63,950 nt of DNA, filler included, from Licmophora abbreviata (GCA_900291995.1; 8 parts of 8 records of this genome joined end to end with filler, not necessarily neighbours in it), one strand, 5' to 3'; positions 35,863 through 47,241 are shown, counted from the first letter of the whole stretch. The notes: generated by a model from the sequence alone, not told the origin. Numbers and translations: made by a program.

Positions 35863-36625
35863 ATGACACTGAAAATGACTTTGCTGGAACCTGCCTTGAA
35901 ATTAGTCTCATTTCTGATCGTGCTGCTCTCGATTCGAGTCCTCTTCGTCTGCATGACGATTCGTCGTCGGAGATTCACGCTCGATCGCTCTACTCGCTCC
36001 TCTCCGATAAAGACGCTTGTAGTTCTCGGATCAGGTGGCCACACAACAGAAATGCTGCAAATGATCAATTCTCTAGATCGCAACATGTATACACCACTCA
36101 TTTACATGATTGCCTCGACAGACGACACGAGCGAAGGCCGACTACATGCGGTACCGGATGGACGAATGCCCGATGCCATTTACAGGATACCTCGCAGCAG
36201 GGAAGTAGGACAGAGCTACCTGTCCTCGGTGGTGACGACGCTTAGAGCTTTTCTTGTCGCGCTGTGGTTGTTACTGCTCATCCGACCTACTATCCTACTG
36301 TGCAATGGTCCAGGAACGTGCCTTCCTGTAGCGGTAACTGTTTTCCTCTACCGCATTCTGGGCATCTGCGAAGGAAACCTCGTGTTTGTGGAATCCTTCT
36401 GTCGAGTAAAAAGGTATGTCGAATCCCCAGAGTGCATTATGGACATTTTTGACTCCTCTCACTCGTCAAGCCTCCTTCTAAAACCAACCTAGTCTCTCCT
36501 TGACGGGTCGTTTACTGTATCCGCTCTCTGACCTGTTTGTGGTTCACTGGCAAGAGCTTCAGAGCAAGTACCCCAGGAGTCGAACAGTCTCTACTTTTGT
36601 TGCAAACAAACAAAAGACAAGCTAA
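35863..36625 (+). CDS. ALG14: UDP-GlcNAc transferase subunit ALG14; 2 exons
   Basis: VVLGSGGHTTEM, IPRSREVGQS, CNGPGTC, VFVESFCRV|SLSLTGRLLY..FVVHW; intron 36414-36492. Confidence 0.94.
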
Positions 36626-36658
36626 GGAACAATATTTGGGGCTGACCAAGTAATACGG

Positions 36659-37357
36659 TCAATTGACGTTCTCCTGCTGGGCGCGAGCATTGAGATCGAG
36701 AACAAAGTTGACCAAAGACAAAACGATGTTTCCCAGGGATGCCACAAACACGACAATGAGTGCGGTTCGCCAAAATGTGACTGAAGTCAGCGCTTCCGAG
36801 AATCGCCCCGGAACGAATCTGCCTGCCACCTTGTGAAGCCATTCCCGACCCATGAGTTCTCGAAGCGTGAATTCTGCCAACAAAGGAGCTCCGATTAGTG
36901 TCACAACCTTGTAGGCCACCAACCTTGCGATAGCTCGTCGCCCTAGGATTCTAGCTAGTGTTGCAAACTCCTCCCGACTGACTCGTTTGTTCCGATCTTT
37001 ATCACTCTCGCGAAAAATCTGATAGACTTTCTTGCGCGGCGGCGGTGGAACGGGAGCCTGTTGATTGAGCTGCACGTATATTCGCAGGACCATCTCGTAG
37101 GTTTCAGCAAAGTCAACGCTGCCATCTTTGTTGGTGTCGGCTTGGTCAAAGATCCCATCGACAAACTTTTCGAAACGGGTTCTTCCAAAAAGGGACCGGG
37201 CGGTGTGAGTCTGTCGATTGTTCCCTGGCTGTCGTCGTGTCGTCGTGAAGGCAACATGGCGGACCTTCAGTGGAGATTTTTTTGGAAATCCAAAGGCCGA
37301 TGCAGAACCAAGACCTGCACACAATATGAAAGCAAGGATTGATCCCACAGTTGTCAT
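36659..37357 (-). CDS. Plastid-targeted two-EF-hand membrane protein
   Basis: GSASAFG presequence; EF loops DTNKDGSVDFAE and DKDRNKRVSREE; hydrophobic C-terminal segments. Confidence 0.75.
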   Translation of the reverse strand: MTTVGSILAFILCAGLGSASAFGFPKKSPLKVRHVAFTTTRRQPGNNRQTHTARSLFGRTRFEKFVDGIFDQADTNKDGSVDFAETYEMVLRIYVQLNQQAPVPPPPRKKVYQIFRESDKDRNKRVSREEFATLARILGRRAIARLVAYKVVTLIGAPLLAEFTLRELMGREWLHKVAGRFVPGRFSEALTSVTFWRTALIVVFVASLGNIVLSLVNFVLDLNARAQQENVN

Positions 37358-38401
37358 TGTTGGAAGTGACGAAAACCAGACAAAGGACTGGCCTCACCCT
37401 CTACCACCGATCATCAACTCATCAGCGGATACCTGGCATACTCGTATGCATGTGACATGTGACGCCGCGTGACATCATCTGTCACCTGTCTGTCACCGCT
37501 TTGCGATCAAATTAACGGCAGGTTTGGCGCGACAGGCACAAGTTCAGAGTTCAAACGCGCTCTCGGCTCGAGCTCGTAGTCTACTGGTACTATGCGTATT
37601 ATACATGTACCTGGTACCGTTACACTGTGCCAAGTGCTATCATAGGTAGAGTGTATCATACAAGGTACTTCATTGTAATTCACCAATTTTCCAATTTTTC
37701 CTACTTCGAGTTCCAACACCATCACACGGGTGTGCAACCGAGGAGTGTGGTGTTTTTGCGTCTGTCACACACCTAGTGCATGGACACTTGTGCCTGATGA
37801 ACACTATTGACCTCAGTACTTGTATCTGGTTAACATAGCCAGGTTGGAACGGACGTGCTCCTTTACGCACAGTTCAAGGGTCTCTTCAGCAGCTTACTAC
37901 CAGAATCAGTATGGCTTCAATGACTACTCTGACTTTTATATGGTCGTACGAGACATGGAAACTGGCGAGTATTCTGATTTGGGGTACGAGTTTGATTATT
38001 TGCGGACCTGCAAATACAACGTTTCCTCTCTCCCTTCGAGATGTTTGGCAGCTGTGAATATGTCAATCACAGAAAACATTGCTGTTGTCTCTTTCGGTCA
38101 ACGCATGAGCCTCTGAGATGACGGAAAATATCACTACACATCGATCGCAACNNNNNNNNNNNNNNNNNNNNNNNNNNNNNNNNNNNNNNNNNNNNTTAAT
38201 TAATTAANNNNNNNNNNNNNNNNNNNNNNNNNNNNNNNNNNNNNNNNNNNNCGCAAAACGACTCAGAATTCATGCAAGATTCGGTTTGAAAAAATCAAAA
38301 ATTCTCAAGATTCGCGCCATCATTGATGTCGTCACCATCCATCATTTTGTGAATGTGTCATAGAGGCGAGGATAGACAAGCAATAGCAAGGATAGTCGAC
38401 C

Positions 38402-40168
38402 ATGACGGCCGCTCGGATCCCTTTCTGCCTTTTCTGGATAACGCCCGTGACTATCTATGCTTACAATATCCCGTCGTGTCCTTCGTGGCCATCCGAAAGC
38501 GCTTGGGAGGGTCAACTCGGAGCCCTCCTGTCGGCAGATGCTGCACTCCACGGGCCGACCCCGACCGGCGCATATGCTTCCGACTGCGAGACTGTAGGCA
38601 CCGACGCCTATGCATTATCTCAGGCTGGCAATGGTATCTGCATGCACGCGCATGCTTGTCAGTTTGAATTTTGTCGAGACTCCTTTCAGCAGAATCTGCC
38701 CATTTATGTCGCCGATGTTCGTACGGCCGAAGACATCGCGGCAGCCCTAGCCTTTGCCAATCGTCATGACATTCAAGTCTCTATCAAGACAACAGGACAC
38801 TCCTATACTGGAAGCTCGACCGCTAGAAACTCCCTGCTGATCTGGATGGCAAGGTATCCAAAAGACGACGCCAAAACGGAGAACTTTGCTGATTCCTGTG
38901 GAACATCGCACGGAACCGTCCTCGGCATTGGTGGAGGAGAGACCTGGGATGACGTTCTTGAGGCCGTCAAGGGTGATCACCACATCGTCACAGGAGGAGG
39001 GCGTACTGTTTCAGCGGCTGGAGGTTGGTTGCAGGGGAGCGGACTGTCCTTTAGCAGTCGTCACTATGGCATTGGCATTGACAATGTCGTTGAGTTTGAT
39101 GCAGTCCTTCCTGATGGGACCATGATCAGAGCGGACGCCTGTACTAACTCGGATCTCTTTTGGGCTCTTCGGGGTGGAGGTGGTGGTACGTTTGGGGTTG
39201 TTACGCACGTGCAATACAAGCTGCACCCACCCACTCCCATCACGGTTGTGAGCTGCTTCATCTTTGGGGACAACATCACTGGGGAGCAGTACATCTCTTT
39301 CTTGACTCAGTGGATCGGTTATTGGGTCGCTGTGAGTCCTTACCTAGACACTCGTTGGAGCGGGTGGTGGGGTCATCTTGGGGCACAATTGACATTCGCT
39401 GGAACGGAACAAGAAGCGAGAGAGTCTTTCGTGAACGACTTCGACACGTGGTATGACAGCTCCTTGGACGTTGACTTCTTCGTTGGCGCAGGCGTCACGC
39501 GACCTGGCGACTCTATGGAAGAGTTTTCGTCTTGGTACGAGTACAAGGGCGGTGCGCAAGCTCACAAGAACCCAGCAAATACGGATCCGACGGGCGATGC
39601 CTACGACGGTGTGGAATTCTTGTCAACAAGGCTCATGCCCCGTGATGTTGTCGTGAACAAGCCAGTCGAAACAGTCAGTTTTCTTATCGATCTTGCCCTC
39701 AGCGGAGGATTCAACTTTCTCAATTACTATCTTGGTGGAGTGATGATGGATGTTCCCGGGAATGAGACTGCCGTACACCCAGCGATGAGAGGAGCGCTCT
39801 ATACCCTCCACACGATTACCCCTGAAGCTGCGCAATTGGTACGAAACTTTGTCCCGAACACTGTAACAGGAGTGTGCTACAATCACCACTCCTCTGTTGA
39901 GCCTGATTGGCGCGATGCCTGCTGGGGGGTCAACTACGACAAGTTGGAAGACATCAAACTCGCGTATGACCCTAATCGTCGGTTTAATTGCTGGCACTGC
40001 GTGGGATATGTCGGCGACGAGAATCCGGTGATTCCTACAATGTCACCTTTAGATACCATGTGTCATACGGATACTCCCACGTCGTCCGCGAAATCAGCAT
40101 GGAGTGGATCAGCGGTGATCGCTCTCAGTGGTACCTTAACTGCTCTGTTGGCCAGACAGCTATGGTAA
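38402..40168 (+). CDS. Secreted FAD-linked oxidase (berberine-bridge-enzyme/VAO family), probable GPI anchor
   Basis: Signal peptide, IKTTGHSY, GGWLQGSG, DLFWALRGGGGGTFGVV, BBE tail WGVNYDKLEDIKLAYDP; S/T linker and hydrophobic C-terminus. Confidence 0.88.
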   Translation: MTAARIPFCLFWITPVTIYAYNIPSCPSWPSESAWEGQLGALLSADAALHGPTPTGAYASDCETVGTDAYALSQAGNGICMHAHACQFEFCRDSFQQNLPIYVADVRTAEDIAAALAFANRHDIQVSIKTTGHSYTGSSTARNSLLIWMARYPKDDAKTENFADSCGTSHGTVLGIGGGETWDDVLEAVKGDHHIVTGGGRTVSAAGGWLQGSGLSFSSRHYGIGIDNVVEFDAVLPDGTMIRADACTNSDLFWALRGGGGGTFGVVTHVQYKLHPPTPITVVSCFIFGDNITGEQYISFLTQWIGYWVAVSPYLDTRWSGWWGHLGAQLTFAGTEQEARESFVNDFDTWYDSSLDVDFFVGAGVTRPGDSMEEFSSWYEYKGGAQAHKNPANTDPTGDAYDGVEFLSTRLMPRDVVVNKPVETVSFLIDLALSGGFNFLNYYLGGVMMDVPGNETAVHPAMRGALYTLHTITPEAAQLVRNFVPNTVTGVCYNHHSSVEPDWRDACWGVNYDKLEDIKLAYDPNRRFNCWHCVGYVGDENPVIPTMSPLDTMCHTDTPTSSAKSAWSGSAVIALSGTLTALLARQLW

Positions 40169-40236
40169 TGTGCTCTCTGTGATTGCGACGTGATTTAAAA
40201 CGTTTTAAACGTGATCTAGTGGTGCCACGTCCCCTC

Positions 40237-41687
40237 TTATTGTGCATTGACAGTCTCGTCGCTGGGCGTGATTGCCATTCCTGTGATGCGAAACGGCCAC
40301 TCTTTTCCATCTTCCATCGTTACAAACTTGATCGTACTCTCCCCAGGCGGGACGAGGCCGACGGGATCCATTTGATTCACTAAAGCATTGGAAAGCACAG
40401 CGTGACGCACACAGCAAGGAACGTGAGACACCCCGTAAACGATTTTCTTGCCAACCCCCCTTACTCGCCTGTTCTAGACTTACCATTTACCCTGTAGCCG
40501 AATCTTCTCGTGGTGGGATGAATTTCGATGCCCTGCTGACTTTCTTCCATGCCACTTCCCAAAATCTTGAAGAAGGTCTTCGGATACTTGCTCGGCGGAG
40601 GGCCCATCACCATGTAGCGGATGTGAACCTCGGCTTCAGTCGACAAGGGATTATTCACCTTGATCCATCCCACCGGCCCTTGGATTTCTAATGCGTACTT
40701 ACTGGGAGCAAAACTCGTCATTTTCACATTTGGATGCGTTGGAAACCCTGAGGTCTTGCCATCGCTGAACCAATCTTCGCACACATCCACTGCCGACCAC
40801 GGATTGACTGCATCGTTCCTTTGGACACCTCTGCTTCGAAGAATGTCTTGAATGCCTCGTCGAATGTACTCATGTCCGTCTTTGGAAAAGTGAGTAACGT
40901 CCAAGGCATACAAGTGCGCCTTGTCCGCGAGAGCAACGCGAGCATCCTCATTGTATGGCGGCGGAAGTTCAAACAAAATGCCGTTCGTAGCCCGGATGGC
41001 AGCATCTTGTGCTTTGATGCAGTTGCTTTTGCCATCAAATGCCCAGTCTTCCGCTTCTGACTCTTCCATGAGAACTCGACGCATATTGGGATCCCACAAG
41101 TCCTTGACGCCATGCTTGTGAAACCACTCCTTGAACGGAACGCCCTCTTTCAAGTTTCGAAACTGATGAGGTCCCCACATGCGTAGAAAGATCATAGTAG
41201 CGTTCGGGAAGCGCTGCCGAAGGCGTTTGGCAAGACGATACAGCTTGCGCTCAGCATCGATATAAAACTCGAGTATAATAACATCGTAGACTTCATCATT
41301 CAACATGCTGTTGACGCAAAGAGCGGGATACTCAGGACCCGTCGCACGGATGGCTTGGTTGTCGACCTGAGAAGACAGAAGGTAGGGGTACGCTCCATAA
41401 CGATCATTGGGGCCAGGTCCGAGTCCCGCTCCCCATGTACGAGAGGCACCGAAGGTGACGATACGCAAGTTCTCGCTAACTGGATCTCCGGGAGGAAGGT
41501 TCGGCACACTGTTGGCAGCTTGCAAGCCTTGCAGGGCGCGAACTTCTTCTCCGAGGCGTCGAGCGGGCTCACCAAGCGTTGCCTTGCTTCCTGAGTGATT
41601 CAAGCACAGCAGAAACAAAGCAATGGTCCCTGCGAGGGTTGCAGCAGCGCCCTTGGTGAGTCGCAACGACGAAACGACGGACATCAT
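40237..41687 (-). CDS. SGNH/GDSL hydrolase-like protein with N-terminal TM/signal; 2 exons; paralogue of 33024-34690
   Basis: TFGASRTWG, AYPYLL, NQAIRATG, DVIILEF, DVTHFSKDGH; intron 40380-40483. Confidence 0.75.
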
Positions 41688-42164
41688 GGTCACGATTGGT
41701 CTTTGGTCACTTTTTGTGAGTGTAGTTGCGCAAAGGCCCAGAGTCTCAAGAACGATGACTATGACCGGATTTCGATTGAGAAGTCCGCTCGTCGTCCGCC
41801 AATCGCCAAGTCCATTTCTAGTCGAACGAGTCGCTCACGGACAACTTTTGCTTGCGGGTCGATTTGATGTCGNNNNNNNNNNNNNNNNNNNNNNNNNNNN
41901 NNNNNNNNNNNNNNNNTTAATTAATTAANNNNNNNNNNNNNNNNNNNNNNNNNNNNNNNNNNNNNNNNNNNNATGAGACGAGGGACGGACTGATAAAACC
42001 CGGAGACTCGTACGACTGAAAAGAGATCGTGTGCGTCATTTACTGATTTGTACATGCGTCGCTTCTACGCCGCCCTTAGTATACATATCTCATTCGTGAT
42101 TATTTACGTGTAAACGTGATTGAATGAAACTAAATGTATTCCAACCTACGCAGTATACTTGAAG

Positions 42165-42280
42165 ATAAATTTGAACTTGAGCGCCATAATTCAAAAAAGT
42201 TTGAGTTTTCTCGGGAGAAGGAATATTGTGTAGGATTTGTACTGGATCTACGTAACGGCGGCGTTACAATTTGAAGTCAA
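42165..42280. promoter_or_regulatory. Putative cell-cycle promoter: palindromic MYB-like site and three CHR-like TTTGAA elements
   Basis: TTTGAA 42170-42175, TTCAAA 42190-42195, GTAACG-GCGG-CGTTAC 42252-42267, TTTGAA 42270-42275. Confidence 0.4.
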
Positions 42281-42498
42281 AGTTGGTTGTCGCACATCCG
42301 ATCACTTTGACACACGGTTGTTGCTGAGTTGATCGATACGATCCTCCTTGTGTCTCTGCTTTCTTCTCTTTGAGACCCCCTAGGCCCCCCAAAACCAGCG
42401 AGGCAAAAGAGTCAAAGAACCAGTCCTCGAGTGGGATCGCATTCAAAAGGCTGTCGAGCTCATCAGATTCCAAAAACGGCGAGTGAACACATTTGATC

Positions 42499-45273
42499 AT
42501 GGTGAAACCGACAGCACCTCCATACGAGGCCGGACGTGACGCTCCCCCGCCGCATCCACCTCGCCAGCAGCATCCATTGATGATGATGGCACCTGCTCCA
42601 ATGGGGCAGCTTCCCCCCGGCATGCATCCTGGAATGGGACCGTCCAATTACCAACAGTATCATCATCACCCATCCTTGAGAGGACACATGCCACCGCATG
42701 CGATGCTCTTTCCCCACCACCAGTATCCTCCAGGAATGTTCTTTCCTCCACCAACGCATCGTCCTGTACCGATCAACAAGAACGAAAAGTCCAAGTCTTC
42801 CACGACAGCGTCGACACACCTGGGCGCTTCAAGTGTCGGGGAAGTGGCCCCGACACCGGCACCGCGTTCGAAAGGACAAACAGGAGCTCCAACTCCTCTG
42901 TCGAATCCTATTTTGTCGCAAATGGCAGGAAAGTATCGGCCACCGTACACCAAGAAGGCTCCGGCCGTCAAGTGGTCAAAAGAAGAGGTGAGTAACCCAT
43001 CGGATCGGAATATATATTCAGAAATGTTGATTGAGTGTATGAGGTATGAGCGGTACTTGACGACTGACGACGTTTTGCCGTGTGTGCCTACGACATGCCG
43101 CCACAGGATGACGCGCTACGTACCGCAGTCGCTCGTCAAGGCGCACAGAATTGGAAGACGATCGCTCAGTATCTTCCTCATCGCTCCGAAGTCCAGTGTC
43201 TCCATCGGTGGCAAAAGGTTCTCAAGCCAACTCTTGTCAAGGGACCGTGGACTGAGGAAGAGGATCAGAAGGTCCTTGACCTTGTCCACAAGTTTGGCCC
43301 CAAGAAATGGTCATCCATTGCGCAGCACTTGCCTGGACGTATTGGCAAGCAATGTCGGGAGCGTTGGCACAACCATCTCAATCCGGATATTAACAAGGAA
43401 GCATGGACAGAGGAGGAAGATCGCACCATTCTTGAAGCTCACATTACCATCGGAAATCGCTGGGCTGAGATTGCAAAAATGCTTCATGGGCGGTAAGTGT
43501 TCTAGGATGGATACAAAATATGTGACATCTTGCTCTACAGTATCTAATGCTCGTTTTGCCGTCCTGCAATATTTCCATGATGATGCAGAACTGACAACGC
43601 TATCAAGAACCATTGGAACTCTTCGATGAAACGCAAGATTGATAAATATCTTGCAAAGAAACAAGGAGTGGATGAAAAGAGCATCCGTCTCACAGAAGAC
43701 GGCCGCTTCGACTTCATGGGAGATTTAGATGGTGTACTTCGAGCCGTGCGTGGGATGGATAGCGCCAAAAAGGCTCGCGCCAGAACCGAGAAAAAACTCA
43801 AGAAACAAGCTACTAGCACTCAAAAGAAGAGGGAGCCAGAATTTCCGAGCTCCACGTCTTCAAAATCCTCTGTTTCTTTGTCCTCGATGCACATGGCCAT
43901 GCACATGCATCCAGCAATGCTCTATGGACAATATGCCATGTCACAACCCCACCTCCAGCACATGTCCGCTTCGGCGAAGGCTTCCAGCGATGACAAGGAG
44001 AACGTCGACCCTGAGGACGCTGGTGGCTTGTCGAACGCCAGGAAAGCTCTGGACGATATGGGGTATTCGCCCAAGTCTACCACCCTGTCGAGCTCCAATC
44101 GTGAGATTTCTCGTCACTTCACTTTCTCCCCACGCACCACCGAACGAGCCAAGAGACTGATGTCCGACAAGTCTAGCAAGTCGCCTTTCTTGCCAACAAG
44201 TTTGACGCCCGCGAACTCAGCTCATACGCCTTACGGCCCCAACACGGGCATCTCCAGCTACTTCTCTAGTGCTGGTAAGAAAGCTGGTCTCAAATCGCCA
44301 GGCAGTAGTTCATTGCAAGGCATGACGCCATTGTCGAATTTCAAAGACGCATTTGGCGCGACGCCGCTCAATGAAGAGTCTTTGTTCTCGCCCGATGAAC
44401 ATGTACAGTGATGATCTCAACAAGACGCTTTTCGGCCATTCCACGGCCAAGGCGACACATGAGCCAATGTGTCCCGATGAATTGAAGTTTAGAATCGGCG
44501 GCGATGAACCTGGAGACGACCTAAAGCCAGTCATGTCGGACGCTGACTTTCGTCGCGTTTCAATCTCTCCAATCACATACGTTAAGGGACTCCTCGACTT
44601 GAACCCTCATGCCACGACGACAAGTGGGTCCATAGTTCGAAGCGTCACCATCGAAGCTTCTTCTAGACGGGAGAGTAACCAGTCGCTCCCAAAAGTATCG
44701 CTCTCCCCAACGATGAAGCATCCTCTAAAGTCGGAGCTGTCGGGAAACAGCCGGATGCTTCCTCCTTCCACTACCTTCTCAGAGAGTTGCATTGACAAGA
44801 GTCACTCCTCGTCTCTCAGTACTGAGTTTTCGGTCTCGGAAGAGACTCCGACCCCCCAAAATGTATCACAGGACCAAGATGCTCCTCAAGGTACACAGAT
44901 TGTAGAGCCAAGTCCGTTCGATGTACGACACGCTCTCAGTGCTTTGCCTACTCCGTCAAGAAATGAAGGCGACTCGTCGTTCTGGACACATCAGTTCAGC
45001 TTTAGTCCAGCCAACACTACCCTCACCCCCCTTAAGTCTCCAAGAGTCCCTGCTGTCAAACGAGACCCCCCTTCCTCCATGGCCAAGAATGGTAAGATCA
45101 CATGTAGTCAGTTTTCTGTTTTGGTGTTTCTTTTTCAGCTTCTAACAATTCTTCTTCGTTCTATCCAACTAGACGCATTCATTTCATCGAATTTGAAACG
45201 CAAAGATGACGGATTGGTATTCAATGCTGTCAACCAGAAACGCCAGAAGGTACCGGAAGCGGGACAGCCTTAA
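42499..45273 (+). CDS. MYB3R: Three-repeat MYB (MYB3R) transcription factor; 4 exons, probable 1-nt frameshift at about 44392
   Basis: KWSKEE|DDALR..NWKTIA..RSEVQCLHRWQKVL; KGPWTEEED..GRIGKQCRERWHNHL; WTEEED..GNRWAEIAK..GR|TDNAIKNHWNSSM; introns 42988-43106, 43493-43588 and 45092-45172. Confidence 0.92.
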
Positions 45274-45584
45274 GAACCATTCATTTTCACAACAACAAAT
45301 TCCTACACCTGTTTACGTCGTTGGTACGTATTGATGCAGGACGCAAGCATCTAGCGGGAGAAGGCTGGATGATCATGCCGAACACAAAGTAGCACTTTCC
45401 CAGAGTTAAATCACAAAAAAATTGAATTTTACTTCATTACAGGAGTCTACTCTCTTGCCTGTAGATAATTTCGCTTACGGGCATACAGGTACTTTGCAGA
45501 CTGTGTGTGTGGAGCATCCACACCGAGCAATCACAGAACTCAGACCATCCTCTCCTCCAAAGCGCTCCAGTCAGCTCACTCTGT

Positions 45585-46703
45585 CTACTTTCGCAGAGTT
45601 TCATAGTTTTCAATGAACCAGTCGACACTCTTCTGAATTCCATCTTCCATGGTAGTAAACTTGTAATCCGGTCGATACTTGCGCAACTTCTGGTTGCCCG
45701 CCGTCTTCTTGAATTGCCCATCGGCCTTGGAGGTGTCAAAGGCAATTTCCCCTTCAAACTTCATCGCCTTGGCGACTGCCAATGCGACATCCTTGATACT
45801 GACTTCATCCTGTTCGTCAACACTCAACGTGATTGGCTCTGGCGAATGGTAATCACGCATGACCCAGACGGTGAGTTCGGCCAAATCAAGAGAGTAGACA
45901 AACTGGCGAAGAGGCGTCCCACTGCCCCAAATGCAAAAAGGGGTGTTGTTCTGTTTGGCGAGATAGCACTTGTGAATAAGTCCTGGAATGACGTGACCGT
46001 TTTGAATACTGAAATTATCATGAGGACCATAAATGTTGGTCGGAATGATGGAGGTAAAGTTGCAATTGTACTCTTCGGCGTAGGCGCGATTCAAGGTGTC
46101 AATTAGACGTTTGGCGTAAGCATATCCTTCATTGGAAGGATGGGGAGGGCCATCGTGCAACATGGTTTCATCAATGGGGTAGCTTGTCTTGTCGGGAAAG
46201 ATACAGGTCGAAAGGAAGGAGACAAGTTTCTGGACTTTGTAGATTCGGCAGCACTCCATGATATTGTCGTTGATGAGGATGTTTTCGCGAAAGAATTCGA
46301 CCTGCCGAGCAAGAACGAGACCAGCAATTGGGTAGGGGGGAAGGGTGAAAAAGAGGCCGGGGTGAGTAGACCGCAGGATAGAGAGGACACCGGTACCTGA
46401 AGTGCTCACCTTCTGGGCCATGTTGGCAAAGAGTCCTCCGACCTTGGCGGCCAAGTGAATGACATGCGTAGGCTGATACTTTTCGAAAATGGCTTCAGTA
46501 TCCTTACGGTTACGAAGATCTCCATCCTTGCTGCTGAGATAAACCCATTCTTCCTTTTCGAGGGCCCCACTGTCCTCGACATACTGACGGATCGCCTGTC
46601 CGACGAGACCAGAGCCTCCCGTGACCATCACGACCGACCTGTCTGAGGCAGGAGCACTGCCATTGGTAGTTCCGTTCTCGGTGGTTCCGTTCGTTTCAGT
46701 CAT
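45585..46703 (-). CDS. GFUS: GDP-L-fucose synthase (GDP-4-keto-6-deoxymannose epimerase/reductase); 2 exons
   Basis: VTGGSGLVG, HVIHLAAKVGGLF, LSTCIFPDK, GYAYAKR, PTNIYGPHDNF, WGSGTPLRQF; intron 46302-46409. Confidence 0.95.
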   Translation of the reverse strand: MTETNGTTENGTTNGSAPASDRSVVMVTGGSGLVGQAIRQYVEDSGALEKEEWVYLSSKDGDLRNRKDTEAIFEKYQPTHVIHLAAKVGGLFANMAQKVSTSGTGVLSILRSTHPGLFFTLPPYPIAGLVLARQVEFFRENILINDNIMECCRIYKVQKLVSFLSTCIFPDKTSYPIDETMLHDGPPHPSNEGYAYAKRLIDTLNRAYAEEYNCNFTSIIPTNIYGPHDNFSIQNGHVIPGLIHKCYLAKQNNTPFCIWGSGTPLRQFVYSLDLAELTVWVMRDYHSPEPITLSVDEQDEVSIKDVALAVAKAMKFEGEIAFDTSKADGQFKKTAGNQKLRKYRPDYKFTTMEDGIQKSVDWFIENYETLRK

Positions 46704-47241
46704 TGCGAGGGTGGATTTCACGGGAAGAAGGGAAAGTTCAAAGATCGATGTGGTTGCAACGGCTTCGTTGTCGCTGCTGCGGCAGGAAACTGTTAGAAGT
46801 ACAATGAACATGGCCGCGTGTTTCACGGTCCGCTGTCACGCGTGAGAAATCAATCGGCTTCGCGATGCCTCAGTCCTGTAGAAGTCTACTGGTACTCTAC
46901 GTAGATTCGGTCATTGAATGATTCTGCGTGCTGTGTTGTCTGCTTCGTTTACGACGCATGATGGTGATCGAGTGAGGCTGAATTTTGAATTTTGGTGAAA
47001 TCTGTCTGTATTTTTGGAATTAGTTTTGGAATGAGACTGTCACGTAGAAAACGTATTGACCGCTACGTGGGAGTCATTGACGAAGTCTCTCGTCGTTCCT
47101 GTTCCCTCGCTCTCGGTCGCACTCGTCGTCGTCGATGCTCGATGTGCACCTCCTTGCTATTACAGGGACTTGCTTCGCTGACCTCTCTTGGACACCATAT
47201 ATAAGTAGGGTCCAAGCCCCCCCCCCGTGACAGAGAGGACG

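Noticed and set aside
37820..38116. 98-aa Tyr/Asp-rich ORF before a gap
   Set aside because: Non-ATG start and no recognisable motif; it could be a gene fragment but cannot be supported.
47142..47241. Possible upstream start (MCTSLLLQG..) of the USP gene across a C10 run
   Set aside because: It would need two separate indel corrections, so the start is left as uncertain.
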